This document shows, piece by piece, positions 8,879 to 17,838 of a stretch of DNA of 64,000 nt. The stretch lies in NCBI GenBank assembly GCA_963663765.2, contig CAXXUA010000005.1, forward strand, positions 1,312,001 through 1,376,000. Direction: 5' to 3'. Every line of letters starts with the position of its first letter. The stretch's first letter is position 1. Made by a program: the position numbers and the translations under genes. Source of the DNA: Candidatus Poribacteria bacterium (GTDB taxonomy: Bacteria > Poribacteria > WGA-4E > WGA-3G). The notes below the pieces were generated by a model. That model did no database searches, had not been told where the DNA came from, and was given only the letters and a program-made list of their open reading frames with translations.

Positions 8879-11644
8879 TCAATTTTCAGATTTTTCTTCA
8901 GACACTTCAGGAGTATCATTGGTTTCCGTGTCTTCAGAACTTTCAGTTTCTTCTTCAGAGGGTTCTGTTTCCGTATCTTCAGAACTTTCAGTTTCTTCTT
9001 CAGAGGGTTCTGTTTCCGTATCTTCAGAACTTTCAGTTTCTTCTTCAGAGGGTTCTGTTTCCGTATCTTCAGAACTTTCAATTTCTTCTTCAGATGTCTC
9101 GGGTTCATCGGTACTGTCAACAACCTGAGTAACTTCAGTTTCTTGTGAAACATCGTTGTTTTCAGTATCGTCTGCAACCTCAGTGGTTGTGGCAGCATCT
9201 TCAGAAACTTCTGTTTCTTGAGTGTTTTCAGTAGTTTCTTGACTTTCAGCATCCTGAGCATTAATTAGATTTTCAACATTGTTTTTTCCCATTTCCTGTT
9301 TGAGCAGAGCCCCCATAATGGTTTCCTCTTGTTCAACAGGTTTGGGTTGTCTCTGTTCGCGTTTTCGAACAGGCCGTTCACGTTGTTGTTGTCGTTGTCG
9401 TTCTTGTTGGTCCTGATTTGGGGTTGTTGCGCGTTCTTGGTCTGCGATAGCAGCTTTCAAACTTAAACCTATACGTCTACCCTTTGGATCAAGATTTATG
9501 ACTTTGACATCCAATTCATCTCCTACAGAAACGACCTCTTCTGGTCTTTCAATTCGTCTGTCTGCAATTTCAGAGATATGTATGAGTCCATCAATGCCTT
9601 CTTCAAGTTTTGTGAATGCGCCGAAACTAGTTAAATTGACGATCTTTCCACGAACGACAGACCCAACTTTATATTTTTCTGGTACTGTGTCCCATGGATC
9701 CGGTTGTGTTTGCTTTAGTCCTAATGAAACGCGTCGTTCTGAAGCATCAATTTGTAGGACAACGACTTCAACTTCATCGCCTTCTTTCAGCATTTCTTGT
9801 GGGTTACTGCCACGGTCAGTCCAAGATAGGTCTGAAGTATGAATGAGTCCATCAATTCCTTCTTCAATTTCAACAAATGCCCCAAAGTTGGTAAGGTTGC
9901 GAATACGTCCGGCAATCTTTGTTCCAACAGGATATTTTTGTTCTAATAGTTCCCATGGGTTTGGTTGTAATTGTTTAATTCCTAACGAAATCCGTTTATC
10001 CTCTTTTGAGATTTCAAGGACAATTGCTTCAATTTCATCACCTTTGCTTACGATTCGGGAGGGGGCAACGTTGCGACGGGTCCACGCCATTTCAGATACG
10101 TGGATCAATCCTTCAACAGCTTCTTCAAGTTGAACGAAGACACCGTAATTGACGATATTTACGACAGTTCCGCTAACTTGTGAGCCGATTGCGTATTTTT
10201 CTTCAACATTTTCCCAAGGATCATCTGTCTTTTGCTTCAAGCCTAAGGAGATTTTCTCGGTCTCTTTACCGATAGCGATGACTTGAACTTCAATTTCTTG
10301 ATCAATTTCAACAATTTCGGAGGGATGGTGTATACGTTTCCACGCCATATCGGTTTTATGTAATAACCCATCAACACCACCGAGGTCAACGAATGCTCCG
10401 AATGCGGTGATATTTTTGACGGTACCGGTTATGAGTTGACCGACTTCAAGCGTTCTCAGGACTTCTTCTTTTTTCTCTGCCATTTCAGCTTCTAACCATG
10501 CGCGGCGAGACAAAACGATGTTATGTCTGCGTTTGTTCATGCTGATGATCTTCATCTGAAACGTTTCACCGATGTACTGGTCAAGATTTTGTATAGGTCG
10601 TAATTCTACTTGTGATGCGGGTAAGAAACCTCGCAAAGTACCTATATAAACACGAAGTCCGCCTTTAATTCGTTCAGTTACCTCACCTTCAACGGGTGAA
10701 CCACTATCAAAAGCTTGGGATATCTCGTCCCAGATCAGTGTTTGATCCGCTATTTTCTTAGACAGGTTAATTTGTCCTTCTGAGTCTTCCCTATTTACGA
10801 TGAATACGTCAATTTCATCACCGACTTTTACTGTTGGCAAATCATTTTCATCTTTTTCAAACTCAGATGCGTGAATATACCCTTCAGATTTGAATCCGAT
10901 GTCAATCATGACTTCATCGCGGCTTACATCTACGACTGTTCCTTTGACGATTTCTCCATCAGTGAAGGCTTTGAGTGAATTGTCATAAGCTTCTTCAAGC
11001 GATTCTTGGCTCATGGTAGCATCTTGTTCATCAGAAGTTTCACCTTGTATTTCGGTAGTCTGAGGTGTTTCTTCAGATGTAACATCGGGTGTATCTGTAT
11101 CGACTGTTTGCTGTATTTCTTCAGAAGTGACATCGGGTGTGTCGGTTTCAGTTACTGATGATGGGGTATCTTCTTCGGATTCTGATGATGGGGTATCTTC
11201 TTCGGATTCAGTATCTGTTGTATCATTTTCGTTTGTAACAACTTCAACTGTTTCTTCAGATTCAGACTCAGATGTTTCGGTTTGGACCTCAACAGGATGG
11301 TTACTTTCCTCAGACTCAGCAGATTGGACAACTTCATCTGTTATTTCTGTCTGTACTACTTCTTCAGCTGCTTGTATCTCCTGTTCTGCATCGGTTTCTT
11401 GAGGAGATGATTCAGCTTCATTGCTTTCACCTTCTGTTTCCTGTTCTGCATCGGTTTCATGAGGAGATGATTCAGCTTCATTGCTTTCACCTTCTGTTTC
11501 CTCAGTGGGATCTTGGTCTTCGTGTGCTGATGTTCCTTGTTCGGTGACTTCTTCGTTTGCGACTTCAGTCGAATCCTCAACTTGTTGTTTTTCTTCTTCC
11601 ACTTCAACGGTGGAATCGTCTGTATGGGTATGTACGTTGATCAT
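8879..11644 (-). CDS. rpsA: 30S ribosomal protein S1 with long acidic N- and C-terminal extensions
   Basis: Six S1 domains (DIGFKSEG, FLPASQV, FGAFVDLGGVDGLLH, RISLGIKQL and so on) at about aa 225-735. Confidence 0.93.
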   Translation of the reverse strand: MINVHTHTDDSTVEVEEEKQQVEDSTEVANEEVTEQGTSAHEDQDPTEETEGESNEAESSPHETDAEQETEGESNEAESSPQETDAEQEIQAAEEVVQTEITDEVVQSAESEESNHPVEVQTETSESESEETVEVVTNENDTTDTESEEDTPSSESEEDTPSSVTETDTPDVTSEEIQQTVDTDTPDVTSEETPQTTEIQGETSDEQDATMSQESLEEAYDNSLKAFTDGEIVKGTVVDVSRDEVMIDIGFKSEGYIHASEFEKDENDLPTVKVGDEIDVFIVNREDSEGQINLSKKIADQTLIWDEISQAFDSGSPVEGEVTERIKGGLRVYIGTLRGFLPASQVELRPIQNLDQYIGETFQMKIISMNKRRHNIVLSRRAWLEAEMAEKKEEVLRTLEVGQLITGTVKNITAFGAFVDLGGVDGLLHKTDMAWKRIHHPSEIVEIDQEIEVQVIAIGKETEKISLGLKQKTDDPWENVEEKYAIGSQVSGTVVNIVNYGVFVQLEEAVEGLIHVSEMAWTRRNVAPSRIVSKGDEIEAIVLEISKEDKRISLGIKQLQPNPWELLEQKYPVGTKIAGRIRNLTNFGAFVEIEEGIDGLIHTSDLSWTDRGSNPQEMLKEGDEVEVVVLQIDASERRVSLGLKQTQPDPWDTVPEKYKVGSVVRGKIVNLTSFGAFTKLEEGIDGLIHISEIADRRIERPEEVVSVGDELDVKVINLDPKGRRIGLSLKAAIADQERATTPNQDQQERQRQQQRERPVRKREQRQPKPVEQEETIMGALLKQEMGKNNVENLINAQDAESQETTENTQETEVSEDAATTTEVADDTENNDVSQETEVTQVVDSTDEPETSEEEIESSEDTETEPSEEETESSEDTETEPSEEETESSEDTETEPSEEETESSEDTETNDTPEVSEEKSEN

Positions 11645-11743
11645 TAAGATGCCTGGTTCTGTTCAAAACGCAAAACAGCGTAATGTCCGCCAGTTCCTCC
11701 TTGTTGGACAGTGCTTCTGACACTTTCAAATCGGTTACTTAAT

Positions 11744-11772
11744 AGTATATCACAATATAAGTTGAAATGCAA
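11744..11772 (-). promoter_or_regulatory. Sigma70-type promoter of rpsA
   Basis: Minus strand TTGCAT-17 nt-TATACT with extended TG. Confidence 0.6.
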
Positions 11773-11864
11773 CTATAATCTTTTTAGGGAGGATTATTCA
11801 GTATTAGGTATTTTAGCTGTTTCCTGAGAAAATCGGGGCAGGGAAATCAAGTAATCAAAGGAAT

Positions 11865-12528
11865 GATGAAGATTCATTTATTAATTGGGTTATATATATT
11901 TTTCCACCGGTAGGCGTGCTTTGTAAGCGCGCTCTTGGGACCTGATGTGCCATTTATTAATTGGGTTATATATATTTTTCCACCGGTAGGCGTGCTTTGT
12001 AAGCGCGCTCTTGGGACCTGATGTGCCATTTATTAATTGGTTTATAAACATTTTTCCACCGGTAGGCGTGCTTTGTAAGCGCGCTCTTGGGACCTGATGT
12101 GCCATTTATTAATTGGGTTATATACATTTTTCCACCGGTAGGCGTGCTTTGTAAGCGCGCTCTTGGGACCTGATGTGCCAGCGCGCATACAAAGCACCAA
12201 ATCAAGTAATCAACGGTATGAATCATGGAGCATGCCACACGCGCATGCTGCTTAAGGTATTCCCCGCCTACCGTGGCTGGATTAGGAGAATTACACTAAG
12301 TATTTTTTATATTCATAATGCCTTTTGGTATTCTTCGGGTTGTTCCTACCGCGGGGTTTCTTTTTTTCAGAACATTAGGAAAACTAAATTACCTGGGATT
12401 TCTCACAATGTTTTTTATGAAGCGGGATTTACGCAGTTTTCTTGATTTAATCAAGTTGTAGGGTTATTTCTTTAAAATCACACCTAAGGGAAATATAAGA
12501 TTACCGAATTAGTAAATTAATCTTCATA
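11865..12528. mobile_element. Composite MITE-like element (shell K, TGAAGATT...AATCTTCA) carrying a 4 x 76 bp tandem array
   Basis: Terminal inverted repeats shared with 42270-42567 and 63843; internal family B palindrome. Confidence 0.65.
11875..12178. repeat. Tandem array, 4 x 76 bp
   Basis: Units start at 11875, 11951, 12027 and 12103; each contains GGTAGGCGTGCTTTGTAAGCGCGC and they differ by only a few nt. Confidence 0.95.
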
Positions 12529-12672
12529 CAGTTTGATGCTCAAAATGTCCAAATAATTATATGCTTTACTAACAATCAAAACAAGCAATGCTAAGAGTGG
12601 TAGGAGTCTTATCCATTTAATCAGTATAATCTGTGATTCTAACAATTGAAAACCTCTGCATCAGAAATTGCG

Positions 12673-12701
12673 TTGACATGAGAGTGAACTTATAATAGAA
12701 T
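12673..12701 (+). promoter_or_regulatory. Sigma70-type promoter
   Basis: TTGACA-17 nt-TAGAAT, 30 nt before the ATG at 12731. Confidence 0.7.
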
Positions 12702-12730
12702 ACCGCATAAATACTTTCAGGATATTCATT

Positions 12731-13603
12731 ATGGAACACTATTTAAAAATCCAAAAACCTGAACTGGGATACACTTACAAGTTTGAAATTGATCAACTTT
12801 CTGACATGTCTAAATGTTTAGAGGCGCATGGTTTTGCGATTATCAAAGACGTGCTACCTGATGAATTGGTCGAGAGCCTAAAACAAGCGGTTTTCAATGG
12901 CACAGACCCAAACAGAGAATTAGGGCATGGGCAGAGTCGCACCCGACACGCTTGGATAGAATCTGGTTCGGGAGCATGGCAACTACTGGAGTATGAGCGG
13001 TTCATGAAAATCCATAGGCACTTGATTGGCACTGATGCACTCACTGTACACCGTTCCGCTGCAATCATTCGGATGCCAGGGTCACATCCTGTTGCATGGC
13101 ATACCGATTGGTGTGGATTTTCGACAGACGCACCGAAAAATTCCGGTGATGTGCTGAACCGTGGCATGTGGCCATCAGGCAAATGGTTTTACATAACAGG
13201 TTCGCGTCCGGAACACGGTGGTTTATGTGTGATTGCGGATTCTCACGTTGAAAATTGGGAGGGTCCGGAAGGGTTTAACCTGACAGCAGACAAACGCTCA
13301 TTCTACAAAGTGGGTGGAGATGTGAAGGCATACACAGATTTTGATGTTCCTGGGTGTGTACCACTCTTTACGAATCCTGGTGATATGATTGTGTTTGCGC
13401 ACCGCACATATCATGCTGCATTTCCAAACCAGATTGATGAAATTCGGTTGTCGTGCGCTATCGGTTTTCGACGTCGAGATCACCACATTGAAATTCCGTG
13501 GGAAATACCGGACGTAGGTAAGCAGTTTTTAACGGATTTACCACCGCATCTGCACAAATATACATACGGATATACCAGTATTGATACGGCTTGGCGTGGA
13601 TAA
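12731..13603 (+). CDS. Phytanoyl-CoA dioxygenase (PhyH) family Fe(II)/2OG dioxygenase
   Basis: HGFAIIKDVL, WHTD (HxD), GGLCVI..SH, PGDMIVF..TYH..PN, distal Arg. Confidence 0.85.
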   Translation: MEHYLKIQKPELGYTYKFEIDQLSDMSKCLEAHGFAIIKDVLPDELVESLKQAVFNGTDPNRELGHGQSRTRHAWIESGSGAWQLLEYERFMKIHRHLIGTDALTVHRSAAIIRMPGSHPVAWHTDWCGFSTDAPKNSGDVLNRGMWPSGKWFYITGSRPEHGGLCVIADSHVENWEGPEGFNLTADKRSFYKVGGDVKAYTDFDVPGCVPLFTNPGDMIVFAHRTYHAAFPNQIDEIRLSCAIGFRRRDHHIEIPWEIPDVGKQFLTDLPPHLHKYTYGYTSIDTAWRG

Positions 13604-13609
13604 GTGTGT

Positions 13610-14155
13610 TTATTGTGTGGGATATGCAAAGAGTTGGCGATGTGCTTCATTTGGCGCGCCACTTTTGAGCCAAGAGATTGGTTGTTCTTCTGCTGTCTTA
13701 TCGGGATTAACCCAGACGATATTCTTTATTTCACTAACTTGTTTAGAAGTTAGTGCGAAAAGTGATCTAACGGTTTCGTCAAGTGAAACCACAGTTCTAT
13801 CAGATGCCAATGCTGCTGCCAGTAAGTGAAAGTCTTTGTTCATTGCGTCACTTGTATCATCTTTATCGGTTGTGTTTGTTATCTTGTTTTGAATTTCATT
13901 GAAATTTGGTGGAACAATACGTTCTACTTTTCGACGTGCATCCATTGACAATCTCCATCTACGAGCAAAGCTGGATTGATGTTTTTTCCATTCATCACTG
14001 ATTTTTTCTGTCATTACCACTTTATGGTTTTGTTCCCTCATGGTTTTTAGAAAATCACGACAGTTGATTGCACGGCTATCAGTTGCAGTGTCACTTCCAG
14101 AAGATTGGGCTACGTCAGCATCTATCACCAACCTTTTCGGATCTCTTTTTCTCAC
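13610..14155 (-). CDS. PIN-like domain protein (putative RNase)
   Basis: LVIDADV at the N-terminus, EW in the first helix, KDFHLLAAALASDRTVVSLDE: PIN acidic-residue pattern. Confidence 0.6.
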   Translation of the reverse strand: MRKRDPKRLVIDADVAQSSGSDTATDSRAINCRDFLKTMREQNHKVVMTEKISDEWKKHQSSFARRWRLSMDARRKVERIVPPNFNEIQNKITNTTDKDDTSDAMNKDFHLLAAALASDRTVVSLDETVRSLFALTSKQVSEIKNIVWVNPDKTAEEQPISWLKSGAPNEAHRQLFAYPTQ

Positions 14156-14160
14156 TAATG

Positions 14161-15456
14161 TTACTCTTTTCCAAATCTAAGTTTGTCTACAGCATCAAGA
14201 TAACGACTTTGTGTATTTAGGTCAACATCATCAAAATCTTCAGGCCAATTTCCGTAAGCACCTGCATCATCTAAGTCGGTACTGCTTACTAGTGTAATAC
14301 CATTTTTGTCCCGTGAAAACCAGTGCAGCTTGACCAATTCTGGCGAGAGTTTTCCTTCTGCTACGAGAGTTTGAACACCTAATAGCAGTAGTGAACTATG
14401 CGTTTCAGCGACGACGCGTACACCGCGTTTTGCTGCATCGGCTAACACTTGTGCCAAAGCGACTTGTGCGCGAGGGTGAAGGTGGAGTTCTGGCTGTTCA
14501 AGATAGACTAACTGACCTGGTTTAGCTGCTATTAGTGCTACTAAAACAGGTAAAACTTGAGATACACCAAATCCTACATCTGCGATATTGACCATGTCCG
14601 TTTCGTTGGTGCTGGAAAGAGGTAAACGTCCAACCTGAACTTCAATACCGAAATCACCTATTTTTTGGGTTGATATTTTACTTGTTAATTCCAAAGTCTG
14701 AAGAGAATCGGTAACCTTTTTCAATCGTTTTTCATTAAATGATTGCCATTTGTGGATGAGGCTTGCCGCGTAATTTTCAAACGTACCAGGATACTTTGAT
14801 TCAGTGCTACTACTAGGATAAATGCGCTCAGGAATGTCATGTAATCCAGGGATGTGAATGGTGTCTAATATAAACTGCGCAAAACCAGAAGTAGTTTCGT
14901 AGAATTTACTGCTATTTCGCGATCCCAAATACAAAAAACAACGTGAACGCTTCACTACATCGATATCACTGAAAGACGAATCTTGAAAAGCCAACGATTT
15001 GATCTCTTCAGGTGGCATCCCTGTATACAAGGTAAAATTCTGAGGAGAAGATGGTTGATCAATCTCAAAATTTGTTTTTCTGGTCATTTCAACAATTTCA
15101 ATATCGTTTTTTCGTTTTCTGAAAGTTGTTCCTACAGAGATAAACATATCAGATAAACGGGTCTCAATCTTTACTTGAAAACGATCTGTGAGTACTTCAG
15201 TGTTTAATTTTGAGAGAAATTGCGCTGCTTCAGTAAATTTCACATTCGGTCCATCAATCTTTAACGGTCCTGGATCGTACGGTGCTTCCAAAGTCTGCTT
15301 CAACATCAAGAGTGGCTGCATGATGCTGGATTTCCCAGAACTGTTCGTACCAGCAAGGATTGTCAACGGACGTATATCAATCTCACACTCCTCCGCTATT
15401 GATTTGAAGCCTTTTACAGCAATCTTGGTAATACCTTTTATATTTTCTTTCGCCAT
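14161..15456 (-). CDS. ABC-type ATPase (AAA_15/AAA_21 plus DUF3696-like C-terminus)
   Basis: KGFKS, Walker A GTNSSGKSS, DVGFGVSQVLP signature, LEQPELHLHP, ETHS, WPEDFDD. Confidence 0.85.
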   Translation of the reverse strand: MAKENIKGITKIAVKGFKSIAEECEIDIRPLTILAGTNSSGKSSIMQPLLMLKQTLEAPYDPGPLKIDGPNVKFTEAAQFLSKLNTEVLTDRFQVKIETRLSDMFISVGTTFRKRKNDIEIVEMTRKTNFEIDQPSSPQNFTLYTGMPPEEIKSLAFQDSSFSDIDVVKRSRCFLYLGSRNSSKFYETTSGFAQFILDTIHIPGLHDIPERIYPSSSTESKYPGTFENYAASLIHKWQSFNEKRLKKVTDSLQTLELTSKISTQKIGDFGIEVQVGRLPLSSTNETDMVNIADVGFGVSQVLPVLVALIAAKPGQLVYLEQPELHLHPRAQVALAQVLADAAKRGVRVVAETHSSLLLLGVQTLVAEGKLSPELVKLHWFSRDKNGITLVSSTDLDDAGAYGNWPEDFDDVDLNTQSRYLDAVDKLRFGKE

Positions 15457-15477
15457 GTGGTTTTGCTCCGGTTAATC

Positions 15478-16455
15478 CTATGAAACACCACCTGGATGTA
15501 GCACACCGTAAGGTAACCGTTCTCCCTTCAATCCAGCAAACAGGTTTTCCATTGCCATGGTAGCCATTTTCATACGGGTTTGAATAGTCGCACTTCCGAG
15601 ATGTGGTGCAATGAGTAGGTTATCCAACCCGAGTAGTGGGTGGTCGGTGTTAATTGGCTCAGGTTCTGTTACGTCAAGTGCAGCACCTGCAATCTGTCCA
15701 TCTTTGAGAGCGTGATACAGTGCGTCGTGGTCAACAACGGGACCTCTTGCGATATTGACAAGAATAGCGGTGGGTTTCATCATTTCAAATTCTGCTTTGC
15801 TGATCATATGTGATGTCTCATCTGTTAACGGGACATGCAATGTCACAAAGTCAGAAACCTTGAGCAGATGTTCTAACTCAGCGAATTCAATTCCAAGTTC
15901 TTCTTCCCAATCCGGTCTACGATTACGTTTGTTGTAAAGGACTTTCATATCAAAACCCAAAGCGCGTTTTGCGACTGCATAACCGATTCGTCCCATACCG
16001 ACGATACCAATGGTAGTGTGGTGTACATCGTACCCCCAAAGGATGTTCGGGTCGTAGTAGTGCCACTGCTTGTCAACTTGAACATGGTTGTATGCTGGGA
16101 CAACGTTGCGTGCTGCAGCCAGTAGTAGTGTCCATGTCATATCAGCGGTTGTGTCACTGAGAACTCCGGGTGTATGTCCGAGTGCGATACCGCGTTCTCG
16201 TGCTGCATCTACGTCCACATGGTCATAACCAACACCGACCACAGAGACAACTTTTAGGTTAGGTGAGGTGTCAAACATCTCGTCTGTGACAGGTTCGTGT
16301 CCGTAGGTCATTAACCCATCAAGAGGTGGAATCTTTTCAGCAATTGGCGGTAGAATTGCGCTTGTATGCCACATCTCAACGTCACATTCAGCTTGAATTT
16401 GGCCGAGAACTGCCTTAGGAATGGGTCGGGTGATAAAGATTTTTGGAATTGCCAT
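15478..16455 (-). CDS. D-glycerate dehydrogenase / glyoxylate reductase (D-2-hydroxyacid dehydrogenase)
   Basis: GVGYDHVD, TPGVL, GMGRIG, NIARG, LDVTEPEP, PHLGSAT. Confidence 0.9.
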   Translation of the reverse strand: MAIPKIFITRPIPKAVLGQIQAECDVEMWHTSAILPPIAEKIPPLDGLMTYGHEPVTDEMFDTSPNLKVVSVVGVGYDHVDVDAARERGIALGHTPGVLSDTTADMTWTLLLAAARNVVPAYNHVQVDKQWHYYDPNILWGYDVHHTTIGIVGMGRIGYAVAKRALGFDMKVLYNKRNRRPDWEEELGIEFAELEHLLKVSDFVTLHVPLTDETSHMISKAEFEMMKPTAILVNIARGPVVDHDALYHALKDGQIAGAALDVTEPEPINTDHPLLGLDNLLIAPHLGSATIQTRMKMATMAMENLFAGLKGERLPYGVLHPGGVS

Positions 16456-16486
16456 GGACGACCTCAGTGAAAAGGTTGCGGTATGG

Positions 16487-17833
16487 TTAGTTTCTTCTAT
16501 AGAATATACGGATGGGTGTTCCGTTAAACCCAAAAACACTACGTATATTATTTACCAGATACGCGGTATATGGTGGACGTATCCTATGTGTATTGCGTCC
16601 GAAAATCAGGAAAGTTGGTGGTTTTGACTCTACCTGAGTTATATATTTCAGAGCAGGACGCGTGCCTTTTACCCGTGGGGGTGGGTGTGCATTTCGCAAT
16701 TCCAACAGCAGATCGTTGAGTGCGGGGGTTGGAATACGGGTGCAATACTCGCGGTAGACCTCAAGTGCTACATCCAGTATTTTTGTGATACGTTGACCAG
16801 TGATAGCAGATACGAATATTTTGGGAACATAGTCTAATTGTGGGACTTGAGCTTGTATTTGGTGTACAAATTCACCGTATGTAGAGTTGTCCTTATCCAC
16901 TAAATCCCATTTATTTAGGACCATTACAGATGCTTTTCCGTTACGCGCAATGAAATTTGCGATTGTCTTATCTTGCGATGCTACTTCCTGGTTAACATCT
17001 AACACTAACGCAGCGATGTCACTTTGTCTGATACTATGGATTGCGCTTTGGACAGTTGCGGATTCAAGTTTATCCTTAATTGCCGATTTTCTTCGCATTC
17101 CAGCAGTGTCAACAAGTTCAAAAGTGATATTTTGATATTCAAATCTTATGTTGATAGCGTCCCGTGTTGTGCCGGGACGGTTGTCAACAATCATCCGTTC
17201 TTCACCGAGTAGGTTGTTTAGTAGCGATGATTTTCCAACGTTTGGACGACCCACAATAGCGATTTTGATTGGTGCGGAGGACGTTTCTTCAGACTCATCG
17301 GTTTCAGGGAGAATCTCTGCCACTTGGTCAAGGAGTTGGTGGATACCTAAATTCTGAACACATGAGGTCAAGACCGGTGCTTCCAATCCGAGTGCAAAGA
17401 AATCAGCAGTGTCCATCTCAATTTTTACACTGTCGGCTTTATTTGCTACAAGTAGGATCTGTTTTCCTGATGCGCGGAGTTTGTCTGCCACAACGTTATC
17501 GTGTGGCATAATGCCGGTGCGGGAATCGACTACAAACAGAATAAGTGATGACTCTGTTAATGCTTGGTCAACCTGCAACTGAACGTTATCAATGAGAGGA
17601 TCATCAGGGTCAACGTCAATGCCACCTGTATCTACGATTGTAAAGTTTTTATCGTTCCACTCGACATTTGCATAGTTTCGATCTCGTGTTACACCGGGAG
17701 TATCGTTGACAACTGCAAATTGTTTGCGGTGTGTTGAATTTGGTCGTGCGTCTGTGGCGATGCGGTTGAAGATTGAGGATTTTCCGACATTGGGTCTGCC
17801 GACAATAGCGACAATAGGAGGTTGGATTTGCAT
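16487..17833 (-). CDS. der: Ribosome biogenesis GTPase Der (EngA)
   Basis: Two GRPNVGKSS G-domains, PGVTRDR/PGTTRD, NKAD/NKWD, KH-like C-terminus. Confidence 0.96.
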   Translation of the reverse strand: MQIQPPIVAIVGRPNVGKSSIFNRIATDARPNSTHRKQFAVVNDTPGVTRDRNYANVEWNDKNFTIVDTGGIDVDPDDPLIDNVQLQVDQALTESSLILFVVDSRTGIMPHDNVVADKLRASGKQILLVANKADSVKIEMDTADFFALGLEAPVLTSCVQNLGIHQLLDQVAEILPETDESEETSSAPIKIAIVGRPNVGKSSLLNNLLGEERMIVDNRPGTTRDAINIRFEYQNITFELVDTAGMRRKSAIKDKLESATVQSAIHSIRQSDIAALVLDVNQEVASQDKTIANFIARNGKASVMVLNKWDLVDKDNSTYGEFVHQIQAQVPQLDYVPKIFVSAITGQRITKILDVALEVYREYCTRIPTPALNDLLLELRNAHPPPRVKGTRPALKYITQVESKPPTFLIFGRNTHRIRPPYTAYLVNNIRSVFGFNGTPIRIFYRRN

Positions 17834-17838
17834 CAGGG

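Noticed and set aside
8833-9261. Lys-rich repeat ORF and other antisense or alternate-frame ORFs within long genes
   Set aside because: Shadow frames of the rpsA repeats and of other well-supported CDSs.
11875-12178. CRISPR array (76-bp period with a palindromic core)
   Set aside because: The would-be spacers are nearly identical, there are no cas genes, and the core is a dispersed REP family.
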